Assembly (NCBI GenBank): GCA_021848345.1
Contig: JAJZUV010000011.1
Coordinates: forward strand, 8,080 to 72,079
Direction: 5' to 3'
DNA from: Pseudomonadota bacterium
GTDB taxonomy: Bacteria; Pseudomonadota; Gammaproteobacteria; Burkholderiales; Burkholderiaceae_C
DNA length: 64,000 nucleotides
Of the stretch, positions 43,903 to 55,176 are shown in pieces (position 1 is the stretch's first letter; the number at the start of each line of letters is the position of its first letter). The notes under the pieces were generated by a model that was not told where the DNA came from, made no database searches, and saw nothing but the letters and a program-made list of their open reading frames with translations. The translations under genes were made by a program, and so were the position numbers.

Positions 43903-44877
43903 TCAGGGCTGCAGCACGATGCTGCCGGTGGTGGCGCGGCTCTCCAGCGCGCGGTGGGCGTCGGCGGCGTCGCGCAGCGCGTAGCGCTGGCCGATGCGCG
44001 GCCGCACCTTGCCCGACAGCACCACGTCGAACAGTTCGGAGGCCATGTCCAGCTGGGTCGCGCGGTCCGCCAGGTGGGTCATCAGGGTCGGGCGGGTCAC
44101 GTACAGCGAACCGCGCGCGGCGAGGTCTCCCAGCGTGACCGGCGGCACCGAACCCGAGGCATTGCCGAAACTGACCATGAGCCCGAAAGGCTGCAGGCAA
44201 CCCAGCGAGCGCTCCCAGGTATCGCGCCCGACCGAGTCGTACACCACCGAGACTCCCCGGCCGCCGGTGATCTCCCGGACCCGCGACACCAGATCCTCGC
44301 TGCGGTAGTTGATGCAATGCGCGTAGCCGTTTTCCAGCGCCAGGCGGCATTTCTCCTCGCTGCCGGCCGTGCCGATCAGCTGCACCCCCAGCGCCCTGGC
44401 CCACTGTCCCGCGATCAGGCCCACGCCGCCGGCGGCGGCGTGGAACAGCACCACGTCGCCGGCCTGCAGGCGCCGCGTGCGACGCAGCAGGAATTGCGCG
44501 GTCAGCCCCTTGAGCATCATCGCCGCCGCGGTCTCGAACTCGATGCCCTGCGGAAGTTTCACCAGCACGCGCGCGGGCATCACGCGCGCCTGCGCATAGG
44601 CGCCGGTCGGCCCGTGGCAATAGGCCACGCGATCGCCCTCGCGGAACTCGCTCACGCCCTCGCCCACCGCCTCGACCACGCCGGCCGCCTCCAGGCCGAT
44701 GCCCGCCGGCAACTGCAGCGGGTACAACCCCGTGCGGTGATACACGTCGATGAAGTTCACGCCCACGGCGGCGTTGCGCACGCGGACCTCGCCGGCCCCC
44801 GGCTCGCCGACCTGCACCTCCTGCCACTGCAGCACCTCCGGACCTCCTGTACGCTCGATGCGAATCGCGTGGGTCAT
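43903..44877 (-). CDS. NADPH:quinone oxidoreductase (zeta-crystallin/MDR family)
   Basis: GGPEVL, GVNFIDVY, AAAGGVG, YDSVG, GSLYVTRP. Confidence 0.93.
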   Translation of the reverse strand: MTHAIRIERTGGPEVLQWQEVQVGEPGAGEVRVRNAAVGVNFIDVYHRTGLYPLQLPAGIGLEAAGVVEAVGEGVSEFREGDRVAYCHGPTGAYAQARVMPARVLVKLPQGIEFETAAAMMLKGLTAQFLLRRTRRLQAGDVVLFHAAAGGVGLIAGQWARALGVQLIGTAGSEEKCRLALENGYAHCINYRSEDLVSRVREITGGRGVSVVYDSVGRDTWERSLGCLQPFGLMVSFGNASGSVPPVTLGDLAARGSLYVTRPTLMTHLADRATQLDMASELFDVVLSGKVRPRIGQRYALRDAADAHRALESRATTGSIVLQP

Positions 44878-45000
44878 GGTCGTCTCCGTTTGCCCTGGTT
44901 GCATTCGCGCATCCCCCGCGGGCGCGCGCACGGGGATAATTGTGCCCATTGCCGCGTGCCGCCGCATGCTCCCCCTGCTCCCGCTCCCTGGACCCTCCCG

Positions 45001-45687
45001 ATGCGCCTGCTGCTGGTCGAAGACGACATGATGATCGGCGAAAGCGCGCTGGATGCGCTGCGCGCCGAGGGTTACGCCGTGGATTGGGTGCGCGACGGTC
45101 GGGCGGCGGATGCCGCCTGGGGCACCGAGCATTACGACCTGGTGCTGCTGGACCTGGGACTGCCGTCACGCGACGGTCTGCAGGTGCTCAAGGCGGCCCG
45201 CGAACGCCACGACGCGACCCCGGTGCTCATCATCACCGCGCGCGACTCGGTGGACGACCGTATCCGCGGACTCGACGCGGGCGCCGACGACTATCTGCTC
45301 AAGCCCTACGACCTGAGCGAGCTGCAGGCGCGCATCCGGGCGCTGCTGCGCCGGGCGGCCGGCCGTGCCGAACCGGCGCTGAGCCACGGCGGCGTGTGCC
45401 TGAACCCCGCCACGCGGGAGGCCACCCTCCACGGTCAGCCGCTGGTGCTGTCGCAACGCGAATGGGCGGTGCTGGAGGCCTTGATGCGCCGCCCCGGCGT
45501 GATCCTGTCGCGCGCGCAGCTGGAAGAGAAGCTCTACGGCTGGAAGGATGAGATCTCCAGCAACGCCGTGGAGGTCTACGTGCACAGCCTGCGCAAGAAA
45601 CTGGGAGCCGAATTCATCCGCAACATCCGCGGCATGGGCTACGTGCTGGCGCGCGAGAACCCTGCCGCAGACCCCGAGACGCCGTGA
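45001..45687 (+). CDS. OmpR-family response regulator (QseB/PmrA-like)
   Basis: MRLLLVEDD, LLDLGLP, GADDYLLKP, SNAVEVYVHSLRKKLG. Confidence 0.93.
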   Translation: MRLLLVEDDMMIGESALDALRAEGYAVDWVRDGRAADAAWGTEHYDLVLLDLGLPSRDGLQVLKAARERHDATPVLIITARDSVDDRIRGLDAGADDYLLKPYDLSELQARIRALLRRAAGRAEPALSHGGVCLNPATREATLHGQPLVLSQREWAVLEALMRRPGVILSRAQLEEKLYGWKDEISSNAVEVYVHSLRKKLGAEFIRNIRGMGYVLARENPAADPETP

Positions 45688-46988
45688 AATCCCTGCGTGC
45701 CAAGCTGCTGATCCTGCTGACGGTGGCGGTACTGACCGCCGCGCTGGTGCAGGCCGTCGCCGTGTTCCGCAACGCCATGCGCGAGGCCGACGCGGTGTTC
45801 GACTACCACCTGCAGCAGATCGCGCTGTCCCTGGCCACCGGCGAGCTCGGCCTGCCCGGCTTCGGCCCGCGCGGCCACGCGCGCGACGATCTGGACTACG
45901 TGTTCCAGGTCTGGGCCCCGGACGGCCAGCGCATCTACGTGTCGCGACCGCGCGTGGAACTGCCGGACCAGGCCGTGCTGGGCTACGCCAACGTCGCGGT
46001 GAACGGCCAGAACTGGCGCGTGTTCTCGATGCAGGCGGGCGGGCGCACCATCCAGGTGGCGCAACCCCTGCTGAGTCGACGCGCGCTGGCGCTGACCTTC
46101 GCGCTGAACTCGGTGTGGCCGATGCTGCTGATCGTGCCCTTGCTGCTGCTGGTGGTCGCATGGGTGGTGCGCCGCTCGCTGGCTCCGCTGCGCGCGCTGT
46201 CGACGGAACTGGAAAACCGGGCCGCCACCTCCTTCGACCCGCTGGATCCGGGCGCCGCCATGCTGGAGATGCGCCCGGTGGTGCGAGCGATGAACGGCCT
46301 GTTCGCGCGAACGCGCCAGGCCTTCGATGCGCAACAGATGTTTGTCGCAGACGCTGCGCACGAATTGCGCTCGCCGCTCGCGGCCCTCAAGCTGCAATTG
46401 CAGATGCTCGAACGTGCCCCGGACGATTCGACGCGCCGCGTGGCCGCGCAACGGCTCGATGCCGGCATCGACCGGGCCACCCATCTGGTGGAGCAACTGC
46501 TGGCGCTGGCACGCGCCGACTCCGGCGGTCGCGAGGCCCCCGCGCCGACCTCGGTGACCGACGTCGCGCGTCAGGCCCTGGCCGACACGCTGGACCTGGC
46601 GCAGGCGCGGGGAATCGACGCCGGACTGGAGCAGGCCGAGGAACTCACCGTGGTGGCGCCTCCGCAGGGCTTGCGCATGCTGGCGCGCAACCTGGTGGAC
46701 AACGCCGTGCGCTACAGCCCGCGCGGCGCGCGGGTGGACGTGCGGGTGCGCCAGCAGGACGGCAAGGTCCTGCTCGAAGTGGACGATTCGGGGCCCGGCA
46801 TCCCGGCGGCCGATCGGCCGCGGGTGTTCGATCGCTTCTACCGCCGCGCCGACGCGCCCCCCGGCGGCAGTGGACTCGGGCTGGCCATCGTGCGCAGCGT
46901 CGCCGAGCGCAGCCACGCGAGCGTCGAACTGCTGGATTCCCCGCTCGGCGGGCTGCGCGTGCGCGTGAGTTTCGCGTCGCCGTCCTGA
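45684..46988 (+). CDS. Sensor histidine kinase (QseC/PmrB-like)
   Basis: Two TMs, FVADAAHELRSPL, NLVDNAVRYS, DDSGPG, FDRFYR, GSGLGL; GTGA overlap. Confidence 0.93.
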   Translation: MKSLRAKLLILLTVAVLTAALVQAVAVFRNAMREADAVFDYHLQQIALSLATGELGLPGFGPRGHARDDLDYVFQVWAPDGQRIYVSRPRVELPDQAVLGYANVAVNGQNWRVFSMQAGGRTIQVAQPLLSRRALALTFALNSVWPMLLIVPLLLLVVAWVVRRSLAPLRALSTELENRAATSFDPLDPGAAMLEMRPVVRAMNGLFARTRQAFDAQQMFVADAAHELRSPLAALKLQLQMLERAPDDSTRRVAAQRLDAGIDRATHLVEQLLALARADSGGREAPAPTSVTDVARQALADTLDLAQARGIDAGLEQAEELTVVAPPQGLRMLARNLVDNAVRYSPRGARVDVRVRQQDGKVLLEVDDSGPGIPAADRPRVFDRFYRRADAPPGGSGLGLAIVRSVAERSHASVELLDSPLGGLRVRVSFASPS

Positions 46989-47036
46989 GTCCGGCGGCGG
47001 GCGCGCGCCGGCGCTCGGCCGGCGCCGGTGGAATGC

Positions 47037-48296
47037 TCAGCTGCCGGGCTGCGCGTCCAGGTCGAAGGCGCGGTGCAGCGCGCGCACCGCGAGCTCGAGG
47101 TATTTCTCGTCGATCAGCACCGACACCTTGATCTCCGAGGTGGAGATCATCTGGATGTTGATGCCCTCTTCCGACAGCGTGCGGAACATGGTGCTGGCCA
47201 CGCCGGCATGCGAGCGCATGCCCACGCCCACGATCGACACCTTGCAGGACTTGGGATCCCCGAGCACGTCCTTGGCGCCGATGTGCGCCTGCACCTCGTT
47301 CTTCAGGATCGACAGCGTGCGCGCATAGTCGTTGCGCCCGACGGTGAAGGAGAAATCGGTGAACCCGGCCACGCTCTGGTTCTGCACGATCATGTCGACT
47401 TCGATGTTCGCCTGCCCCACCGCGCTGAGGATCTGGTAGGCGATGCCCGGGCGGTCGGGCACGCCCACCACGGTGATCTTGGCCTCGTCGCGGGCGAAGG
47501 CGATGCCGGAAACGACGGCACGTTCCATGTTCTGGTCCTCTTCGAAAGTGATCAGGGTACCGCTGCGCATCTCCTGCTCCAGCGGAATGTCCCACGGCGT
47601 CAGGCTGGACAGCACGCGCAGGCGCACGCGGTACTTGCCCGCGAACTCGACCGAGCGGATCTGCAGCACCTTGGAGCCGAGGCTGGCCATTTCCAGCATT
47701 TCCTCGAAGGTGATCGAGGGCAGCTTCGAGGCCTCGGGCACGACCCGCGGGTCGGTCGTGTACACGCCGTCCACGTCGGTGTAGATCTGGCATTCGTCGG
47801 CGCCCAGCGCGGCCGCCAGCGCGACGCCCGAGGTGTCCGAGCCGCCTCGGCCCAGGGTCGTGATGTTGCCCTGCGCGTCCATGCCCTGGAAGCCCGCGAC
47901 GACCACGATCATGCCCTGATCCAGGTCGGCCCGGATGCGCTGCTCGTCGATGGATTCGATGCGCGCCTTGGTGTAGGCGCTGTCGGTGTGCACGCCCACC
48001 TGGAATCCGGTGTAGCTGCGCGCCGGCTGCCCCAGGGATTTGAGAGCCATCGCCAGCAGGCCGATGGTCACCTGCTCGCCGGTGGAGGCCACCACGTCGA
48101 GTTCGCGGGGATCGGGCTCGGGCTGGATTTCGCGCGCCAGCGCGATCAGCCGGTTGGTCTCCCCCGACATGGCCGAGACGACCACCACGACCTGGTTGCC
48201 GGCTTCGGCCCATTTGATCGCACGCCGGGCGACGTTCTTGATGCGTTCGACGGAACCGACCGAGGTACCGCCGTATTTCTGGACGATGAGCGCCAT
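47037..48296 (-). CDS. Aspartate kinase
   Basis: LIVQKYGGTSV, VVSAMSG, TLGRGGSDTS, DVDGVYTTDP, two ACT domains. Confidence 0.96.
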   Translation of the reverse strand: MALIVQKYGGTSVGSVERIKNVARRAIKWAEAGNQVVVVVSAMSGETNRLIALAREIQPEPDPRELDVVASTGEQVTIGLLAMALKSLGQPARSYTGFQVGVHTDSAYTKARIESIDEQRIRADLDQGMIVVVAGFQGMDAQGNITTLGRGGSDTSGVALAAALGADECQIYTDVDGVYTTDPRVVPEASKLPSITFEEMLEMASLGSKVLQIRSVEFAGKYRVRLRVLSSLTPWDIPLEQEMRSGTLITFEEDQNMERAVVSGIAFARDEAKITVVGVPDRPGIAYQILSAVGQANIEVDMIVQNQSVAGFTDFSFTVGRNDYARTLSILKNEVQAHIGAKDVLGDPKSCKVSIVGVGMRSHAGVASTMFRTLSEEGINIQMISTSEIKVSVLIDEKYLELAVRALHRAFDLDAQPGS

Positions 48297-48422
48297 GATG
48301 GGATGGGCATGGGGCGCGACCCGCCGCGATGGCCGCTGCGCCCCGGGTGGCACGACCCGCGACCGGTACGGACTTCGAGCGAATCGAAGCGATCGGGACG
48401 CGGCGACGCAAAAAGCTGCCGA

Positions 48423-49388
48423 TTATAGAGGCCCGCCGTCGCCGGGTTCGCAGCGCAGCCACTCGCCTTCGCGCCACAGGCGCGCGTCGGCGATCCCCAC
48501 GCGCACCGCCGCGCCAGGCGGCGCCGCGATCTGGCGCAACAGATTGTCGATTTGCGCGGCGTTGCTGCGCAGGCCGGACTCGGCCAGCCAGGCTCGCAGC
48601 ACCTGGGCGCGTCGTGCCGGCTCCAGGGCCGCCAGCCGCTCCAGTCGCAGACCGGCTTCTCCCTGGCAAGCGGCCAGATCCGAGGCTGCCTGCGCGCGCA
48701 GCTGGTCGGCCGCCTGGGCGCACAGCGCCGCACTGCGTCCCAGCGTGGTGCGCCACGCGGGCTCCAGGGCTTCCAGCACCGGCAGCAGTTCGTGGCGGAT
48801 GCGACTGCGCCGCAGCTGCGCCTGTTCGTTCATCGGATCGAGCACGTAGGGCACCCCGGCGGCGTCCAGCTCCGCGCGCAGGCGCCGCGCCGAGCATTCG
48901 AGCAGCGGGCGCCCCAGCCACACGCCCGCCCGGCTCGCCGCCGCCGGCATCGCCGCCAGGCCCGCGGGGCCGGCGCCGCGCAGCAGCGCGAGCAGCAGGC
49001 TTTCGGCCTGGTCGTCGGCGTGGTGCCCGAGCAGCAGCCAGGCGCAACCCAGCTCCCGCGCCGCGCGTCCGAGCGCGGCATGGCGCGCCAGACGCGCCTG
49101 TTCCTCCACGCTGTCGCCGCGCACCCTGCGCACCTGCACCGGCAGCACCCGGCAGGCCACGCCCCAGTCCGCGCAGCGCGCCAGCGCGTGTTCGGCAAAG
49201 GCGTCGGCCGCCGCCTGCAGGCCATGGTGCACATGCAGTGCATGCACCGCGCGCCCCGGCCAGGCGCGCAGGGCCGCCAGCAGCAAGGCCGTGGAATCGG
49301 CGCCGCCGCTGAAGGCCACGGCCAGGGGCCGTCCCGGATCGGAAAGTGTCGCCGAGGCGCCGGTCGACGGATCGCCCGTCGTTCGCAT
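48423..49388 (-). CDS. tilS: tRNA(Ile)-lysidine synthase (short form)
   Basis: AFSGGADS, HVHHGLQ, ARLARH, GHHADDQAE, RPLL, RSRIRH. Confidence 0.9.
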   Translation of the reverse strand: MRTTGDPSTGASATLSDPGRPLAVAFSGGADSTALLLAALRAWPGRAVHALHVHHGLQAAADAFAEHALARCADWGVACRVLPVQVRRVRGDSVEEQARLARHAALGRAARELGCAWLLLGHHADDQAESLLLALLRGAGPAGLAAMPAAASRAGVWLGRPLLECSARRLRAELDAAGVPYVLDPMNEQAQLRRSRIRHELLPVLEALEPAWRTTLGRSAALCAQAADQLRAQAASDLAACQGEAGLRLERLAALEPARRAQVLRAWLAESGLRSNAAQIDNLLRQIAAPPGAAVRVGIADARLWREGEWLRCEPGDGGPL

Positions 49389-49444
49389 GCGCACGAATCG
49401 ACGCAGCGCAGCGACGGCGCTGCGCGTGGCCGCCGCGGGCGGCC

Positions 49445-50419
49445 TCAGCGCGCCGCCTTGGTGTCCTGGAAGCGACCGAACGCGCACAGCCGCTCGTAGC
49501 GCTGGCGCACCAGATCGGCGGGCTTGACGCCCTGGAACTGGCGCAGGCTCTCGCCCAGCGCGCGCTTGAGCGAGGCCGACATGGCCTGCGGGTCGCGATG
49601 CGCGCCGCCCACCGGCTCGTTGACGATCTTGTCGATCAGGCCCAGGGCCTTCAACCGGTGAGCGGTCAGGCCCAGGGCCTCGGCGGCGTCGGCCGCGCGC
49701 TCCGAGCTCTTCCACAGGATCGACGCGCAACCCTCGGGGGAGATGACCGAGTACACGGCGAACTGCAGCATCAGCACGTGGTCGGCCACGGCGATGGCCA
49801 GCGCACCGCCCGAGCCGCCCTCGCCGATGATGGTGGAGACGATGGGCACCTCGAGCTGGGCCATTTCCAGGATGTTGCGCCCGATGGCCTCCGACTGGTT
49901 GCGCTCCTCGGCGTCGATGCCGGGGTAGGCGCCGGGGGTGTCGACGAAGGTGAACACGGGCAGCCCGAACTTCTCCGCCAGTTTCATCAGACGCAGGGCC
50001 TTGCGGTAGCCCTCGGGCTTGGTCATGCCGAAGTTGCGCATCGCGCGCTCCTTCGTGTCGCGGCCCTTCTGGTGGCCGATGACCATGCAGGCCTGGCCGT
50101 TGAACCGTGCCAGGCCGCCGACGATCGACAGGTCGTCGGCGAAATGGCGGTCGCCGTGCAACTCGTGGAAGTCGGTGAACAGGCTGGACACGTAGTCCAG
50201 CGTGTACGGGCGCTGCGCATGCCGGGCGATCTGCGTGACCTGCCAGGGACTGAGCTTGCTGTACAGGTCCTTGGTCAGCTGCAGGCTCTTTTTCTGCAGG
50301 CGCGAGATCTCCTCCGAGATGTCGACCGCCGACTCGTCCTGCACGAAACGCAGTTCCTCGATCTTGGCCTCGAGTTCGGCCACCGGCTGTTCGAAATCCA
50401 GAAAGACTTTCTTGCTCAT
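49445..50419 (-). CDS. accA: Acetyl-CoA carboxylase carboxyltransferase alpha subunit
   Basis: [32 protein letters not shown]. Confidence 0.97.
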   Translation of the reverse strand: MSKKVFLDFEQPVAELEAKIEELRFVQDESAVDISEEISRLQKKSLQLTKDLYSKLSPWQVTQIARHAQRPYTLDYVSSLFTDFHELHGDRHFADDLSIVGGLARFNGQACMVIGHQKGRDTKERAMRNFGMTKPEGYRKALRLMKLAEKFGLPVFTFVDTPGAYPGIDAEERNQSEAIGRNILEMAQLEVPIVSTIIGEGGSGGALAIAVADHVLMLQFAVYSVISPEGCASILWKSSERAADAAEALGLTAHRLKALGLIDKIVNEPVGGAHRDPQAMSASLKRALGESLRQFQGVKPADLVRQRYERLCAFGRFQDTKAAR

Positions 50420-50483
50420 GATGTGATCGGTTCGCCGAGAAAGGCCCCGGGCGGGGCCCGCGGATCCACCGCGCGGTCGGAAG

Positions 50484-51131
50484 TCAGTATTCCACCGGAA
50501 TCGGGTCCAGGCTACGCCAAATATACCAAGTACCCACGGAACGCCAGGGTTCCCAGGCCGCGGCCACCTCGCGCAGCTCGCTGCGGCTGACCGCCTCGCC
50601 GGAAAAGTAGCACTGGCTGATGCCCTTGCGCAAGCCGAGGTCGTCCAGAGGCAGCACGTCGGGGCGCATCAGGTGGAACATCAGGAACATCTCGGCCGTC
50701 CAGCGCCCGATGCCGCGAATGGCCACCAGTTCCTCGATGATGGCCTCGTCGGGCATCTCGTGCCATTGCCGCGGATGCACCAGTCCCTGCTCGAAACGGG
50801 TGGCCAGGTCCGTCAGGTACTCCGCCTTGCGCTGGGACAATCCGGCCTGCCGCAGCGACTGCGCATCGTGCACCAGCAGGCGCTCCGGGCGCACCGCGCC
50901 GACCAGGGCCTGCAGGCGCTCCCACACCGACTGCGCCGCGCTCACCGAGATCTGCTGCCCGACGATCGAGCGCGCCAGGGTCTGGAAGGCATCGCCGCGG
51001 CTTTGCAGCCGCGCCTTGCCGTATTCCGGGATCAGCCGGCGCATCACCCGATCGGCGCGCATGAGCTCGCCGCAGGCCTCGTCCCAATAGGCCGGGGTCC
51101 CCTTGGCGGGCTGCGTGCTCCTGGGGGCCAT
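50484..51131 (-). CDS. DNA-3-methyladenine glycosylase II family (AlkA-like, HhH-GPD)
   Basis: [30 protein letters not shown]. Confidence 0.9.
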   Translation of the reverse strand: MAPRSTQPAKGTPAYWDEACGELMRADRVMRRLIPEYGKARLQSRGDAFQTLARSIVGQQISVSAAQSVWERLQALVGAVRPERLLVHDAQSLRQAGLSQRKAEYLTDLATRFEQGLVHPRQWHEMPDEAIIEELVAIRGIGRWTAEMFLMFHLMRPDVLPLDDLGLRKGISQCYFSGEAVSRSELREVAAAWEPWRSVGTWYIWRSLDPIPVEY

Positions 51132-51134
51132 GGC

Positions 51135-52514
<1,380 letters not shown>

Positions 52515-52734
52515 GGAGTACGCGAAGAGGGGCGCAGCGCGCAAGGGCGAAAACTTAGCACAGGCCGCCCGATGGCGCGGCGGCGCGTCGCCCCGCGTCA
52601 ATCCCATGTCGCTTGAACTGATCAATTGCTGAGGGGGCTTGTCGCTCCCCGCGCGCACCGCCGGCACGAACGGTGTGCAATGAACCCATGCCACTGCATC
52701 AAGGCACCACCGCAATGCCCGCCGGAGGATCCGC

Positions 52735-53322
52735 ATGCCATCGCAGAGTTCCGTCGCCCCGAAGGAGCGCGTCAACATCGTCTACCGTCCGGCCACCGAA
52801 GGCGCGCAGGCCGAGGTCGAGCTTCCGTTGAAGCTGCTGGTGCTGGGCGACTACACCTTGCGCGACGACGACACTCCGCTGGAGGAGATCGAACCCGTCG
52901 CGGTGGACAAGGACAATTTCGACGACGTGCTCGCCGCGCAGGCGCCGCGCCTGGAACTGCAGGTTCCCGACATGCTGAGCCGCCAGCGCGGCTGCACGCT
53001 GGCGCTGGACCTGCGCTTCACCCGGCTCGACGACTTCTCCCCCGACGCGCTGGTCGCGCAGGTTCCGCAGTTGCGGTCCTTGCTGGAACTGCGCGACGCA
53101 CTGAAGGCCCTCAAGGGGCCGCTGAGCAACATTCCCGCCTTCCGCCGCAAACTCCAGCAGATCGCGGCAGAGCCCGAGCTGCGACGTCGCCTGGGCGCGG
53201 AACTTCGCCAGGCAGCCGCCGAGGCCGCCGAAGCGAACGACGCCGACACCGCGGCGAACCCGGTCGAGCCCGATCCCGGCAAACCGCAGGGCGGTGCCGC
53301 AGAGACCCCGGAGGCACGATGA
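52735..53322 (+). CDS. tssB: T6SS contractile sheath small subunit
   Basis: [55 protein letters not shown]. Confidence 0.93.
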   Translation: MPSQSSVAPKERVNIVYRPATEGAQAEVELPLKLLVLGDYTLRDDDTPLEEIEPVAVDKDNFDDVLAAQAPRLELQVPDMLSRQRGCTLALDLRFTRLDDFSPDALVAQVPQLRSLLELRDALKALKGPLSNIPAFRRKLQQIAAEPELRRRLGAELRQAAAEAAEANDADTAANPVEPDPGKPQGGAAETPEAR

Positions 53323-54905
53323 ACCAGGCCGACCAGCGCCTCGCGCAAGACGAATCCACTTCCGTGCTGGACGAGCTCGCGCTCAGCGCCCGCGTGCGCC
53401 CCGGCGACGAAGCCTATGCGGTGACCCGCCGTGGCATCGAGGCCCTGCTGCGCCATCTGCTGGAGCCCGACGAGACGACGGCGCCGGAACACTCCACGGG
53501 CGGCGCCGTCGCCGCGCCCGCCCCGGACCAGGCCGCGTCGCGCCAGGCCGCGGCGGAACGAAGCGTCGCGACGCCACCCGTCGCGCCCGGCGAGCAGGCG
53601 AACCCGCTGCTGGTGGATGCACTGATCGCCGCCATCGACCGCCAGTTGTCCGACCAGGTCGATGCCATCCTTCATCACCCCCGGTTCCAGAGCCTCGAAT
53701 CAGCCTGGCGTTCGCTGAAATTCCTGGTCGACCGGACCAACTTCCGCGAGAACACGCGCATCCACTTCCTGTCGCTGAGCAAGCAGCGACTGATGCGCGA
53801 CTTCGCCGATAGTCCCGAGGTCGTGCGCAGCGGCCTGTACAAGCTGGTCTACACCGCCGAGTACGGCCAGTTCGGAGGTCAGCCCTACGGCGCCATCGTG
53901 GCCGATTACGAGTTCGGCCCCTCGGCGCCCGACATCCGCCTGCTGGAAAACGCCGCCAAGGTCGCGGCGATGGCCCATGCGCCGCTGCTGGCCGGAGCCT
54001 CGGCCCAGTTCTTCGGCCTCGAGTCCATGCAGCAGTTGCCCGCGCTGAAGGACCTGAGCTCGCTGTTCGAGGGGCCCCAGTTCATCGCCTGGAACGCATT
54101 GCGCGAAAGCGAGGACGCGCGCTACCTGGGCCTGGCCCTGCCGCGCTTCGTGCTGCGCCTGCCCTACGGGCCCGACACGCTGCCCACGCGCAGTTTCCAG
54201 TACCAGGAGAGTGTCGGCAATGCGGGGACCGGCTACCTGTGGGGCAATGCCGCGTTCGCCCTGGCCAGCCGCTTGTGCGAGAGCTTCGCCGAATACCGCT
54301 GGTGCGCCAATGTGATCGGGCCCCAGGGCGGCGGCGAGGTCGGCGGCCTGCCGATCCACACCTTCCCGTCGATGGGCACGCTGCAGCATCGCCTTCCCAC
54401 CGAAGTGCTGATCTCCGAGCGCCGGGAGTTCGAACTCGCTGAGCAGGGGTTCATCCCGCTGACCATGCGCAAGAACAGCGACCGCGCCGCCTTCTTCTCG
54501 GCCAACTCGGTGCAGAAACCCAAGTTCTTCGGCACCAGCGCCGAAGGGCGCGAAGCCGAGCTCAATTATCGGCTCAGCACCCAGCTTCCCTACATGTTCG
54601 TGGTCAGCCGGCTGGCCCACTACATCAAGGTCCTGCAGCGCGAGAACATCGGCACCTGGAAGGAGCGCGGCGACCTGGAGAACGCACTGAACCTGTGGAT
54701 CCGCCAGTACGTGGCCGACATGGACAACCCCGCGCCCGGCGTGCGCAGCCGGCGCCCGCTGCGCCAGGCCCAGGTCCAGGTCCAGGTCAGCGACATCGAA
54801 GGCGACCCCGGCTGGTACCGCGTCGACCTGCGCGTGCGCCCGCACTTCAAGTACATGGGCGCGTCATTCACCTTGTCCCTCGTGGGCAAGCTCGAGAAAC
54901 TCTGA
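53319..54905 (+). CDS. tssC: T6SS contractile sheath large subunit
   Basis: ILHHPRFQSLESAWRSL, EYGQFGG, YLWGNAA, RREFELAEQGFIPL, SRLAHYIKVLQRE, PHFKY; ATGA overlap with tssB. Confidence 0.95.
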   Translation: MNQADQRLAQDESTSVLDELALSARVRPGDEAYAVTRRGIEALLRHLLEPDETTAPEHSTGGAVAAPAPDQAASRQAAAERSVATPPVAPGEQANPLLVDALIAAIDRQLSDQVDAILHHPRFQSLESAWRSLKFLVDRTNFRENTRIHFLSLSKQRLMRDFADSPEVVRSGLYKLVYTAEYGQFGGQPYGAIVADYEFGPSAPDIRLLENAAKVAAMAHAPLLAGASAQFFGLESMQQLPALKDLSSLFEGPQFIAWNALRESEDARYLGLALPRFVLRLPYGPDTLPTRSFQYQESVGNAGTGYLWGNAAFALASRLCESFAEYRWCANVIGPQGGGEVGGLPIHTFPSMGTLQHRLPTEVLISERREFELAEQGFIPLTMRKNSDRAAFFSANSVQKPKFFGTSAEGREAELNYRLSTQLPYMFVVSRLAHYIKVLQRENIGTWKERGDLENALNLWIRQYVADMDNPAPGVRSRRPLRQAQVQVQVSDIEGDPGWYRVDLRVRPHFKYMGASFTLSLVGKLEKL

Positions 54906-54921
54906 ACCCCAGGAGATCATC

Positions 54922-55176
54922 ATGCCAATGCCGTGCTACCTCTCGCTCGAGGGCCAGACCCAGGGAGCCATCCAGGGCTCCAGCAAGGTCCAGGGCCAGG
55001 AAAACAAGATCATGGTCCAGGCCGTGGAACACCTGGTCGACATCCCCAGCAATCCCCAGAACGGCCTGCCGTCCGGAAAGTGCGTGCTGGGCCCGATGAC
55101 CTTGACCAAGGAAGTGGACAAGTCCTCGCCCAAGCTGTTCCAGGCCCTGAGCCAGGGAGAGCAGATGACCAACGTC
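54922..55176 (+). pseudogene. hcp: 5' half of hcp (TssD), truncated after 85 codons
   Basis: CAGGAG RBS; MPMPCYLSLEG..QG.I.G, TKEVDKSSPKLFQAL..GE Hcp motifs, then an abrupt switch to non-Hcp residues (RRASRRRHC) and a stop at 55224. Confidence 0.85.

Noticed and set aside
46989-47036. tRNA expected downstream of the aspartate kinase gene
   Set aside because: Only 48 nt separate the convergent genes; no cloverleaf or T-loop (GTTCRA) here or elsewhere in the intergenic regions I scanned.
48423-49388. TilS appears to lack the C-terminal domain (possible pseudogene)
   Set aside because: The catalytic PP-loop domain is intact with no frameshift, and short TilS forms are common; treated as functional.
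52613-52625. TTGAACTGATCAA as an FNR box upstream of tssB
   Set aside because: Half-site spacing is one base short of TTGAT-N4-ATCAA.
52662-52680. CGGCACGAACGGTGTGCA as a sigma54 promoter for the T6SS genes
   Set aside because: GG-to-GC spacing is 12 rather than the required 10 nt.
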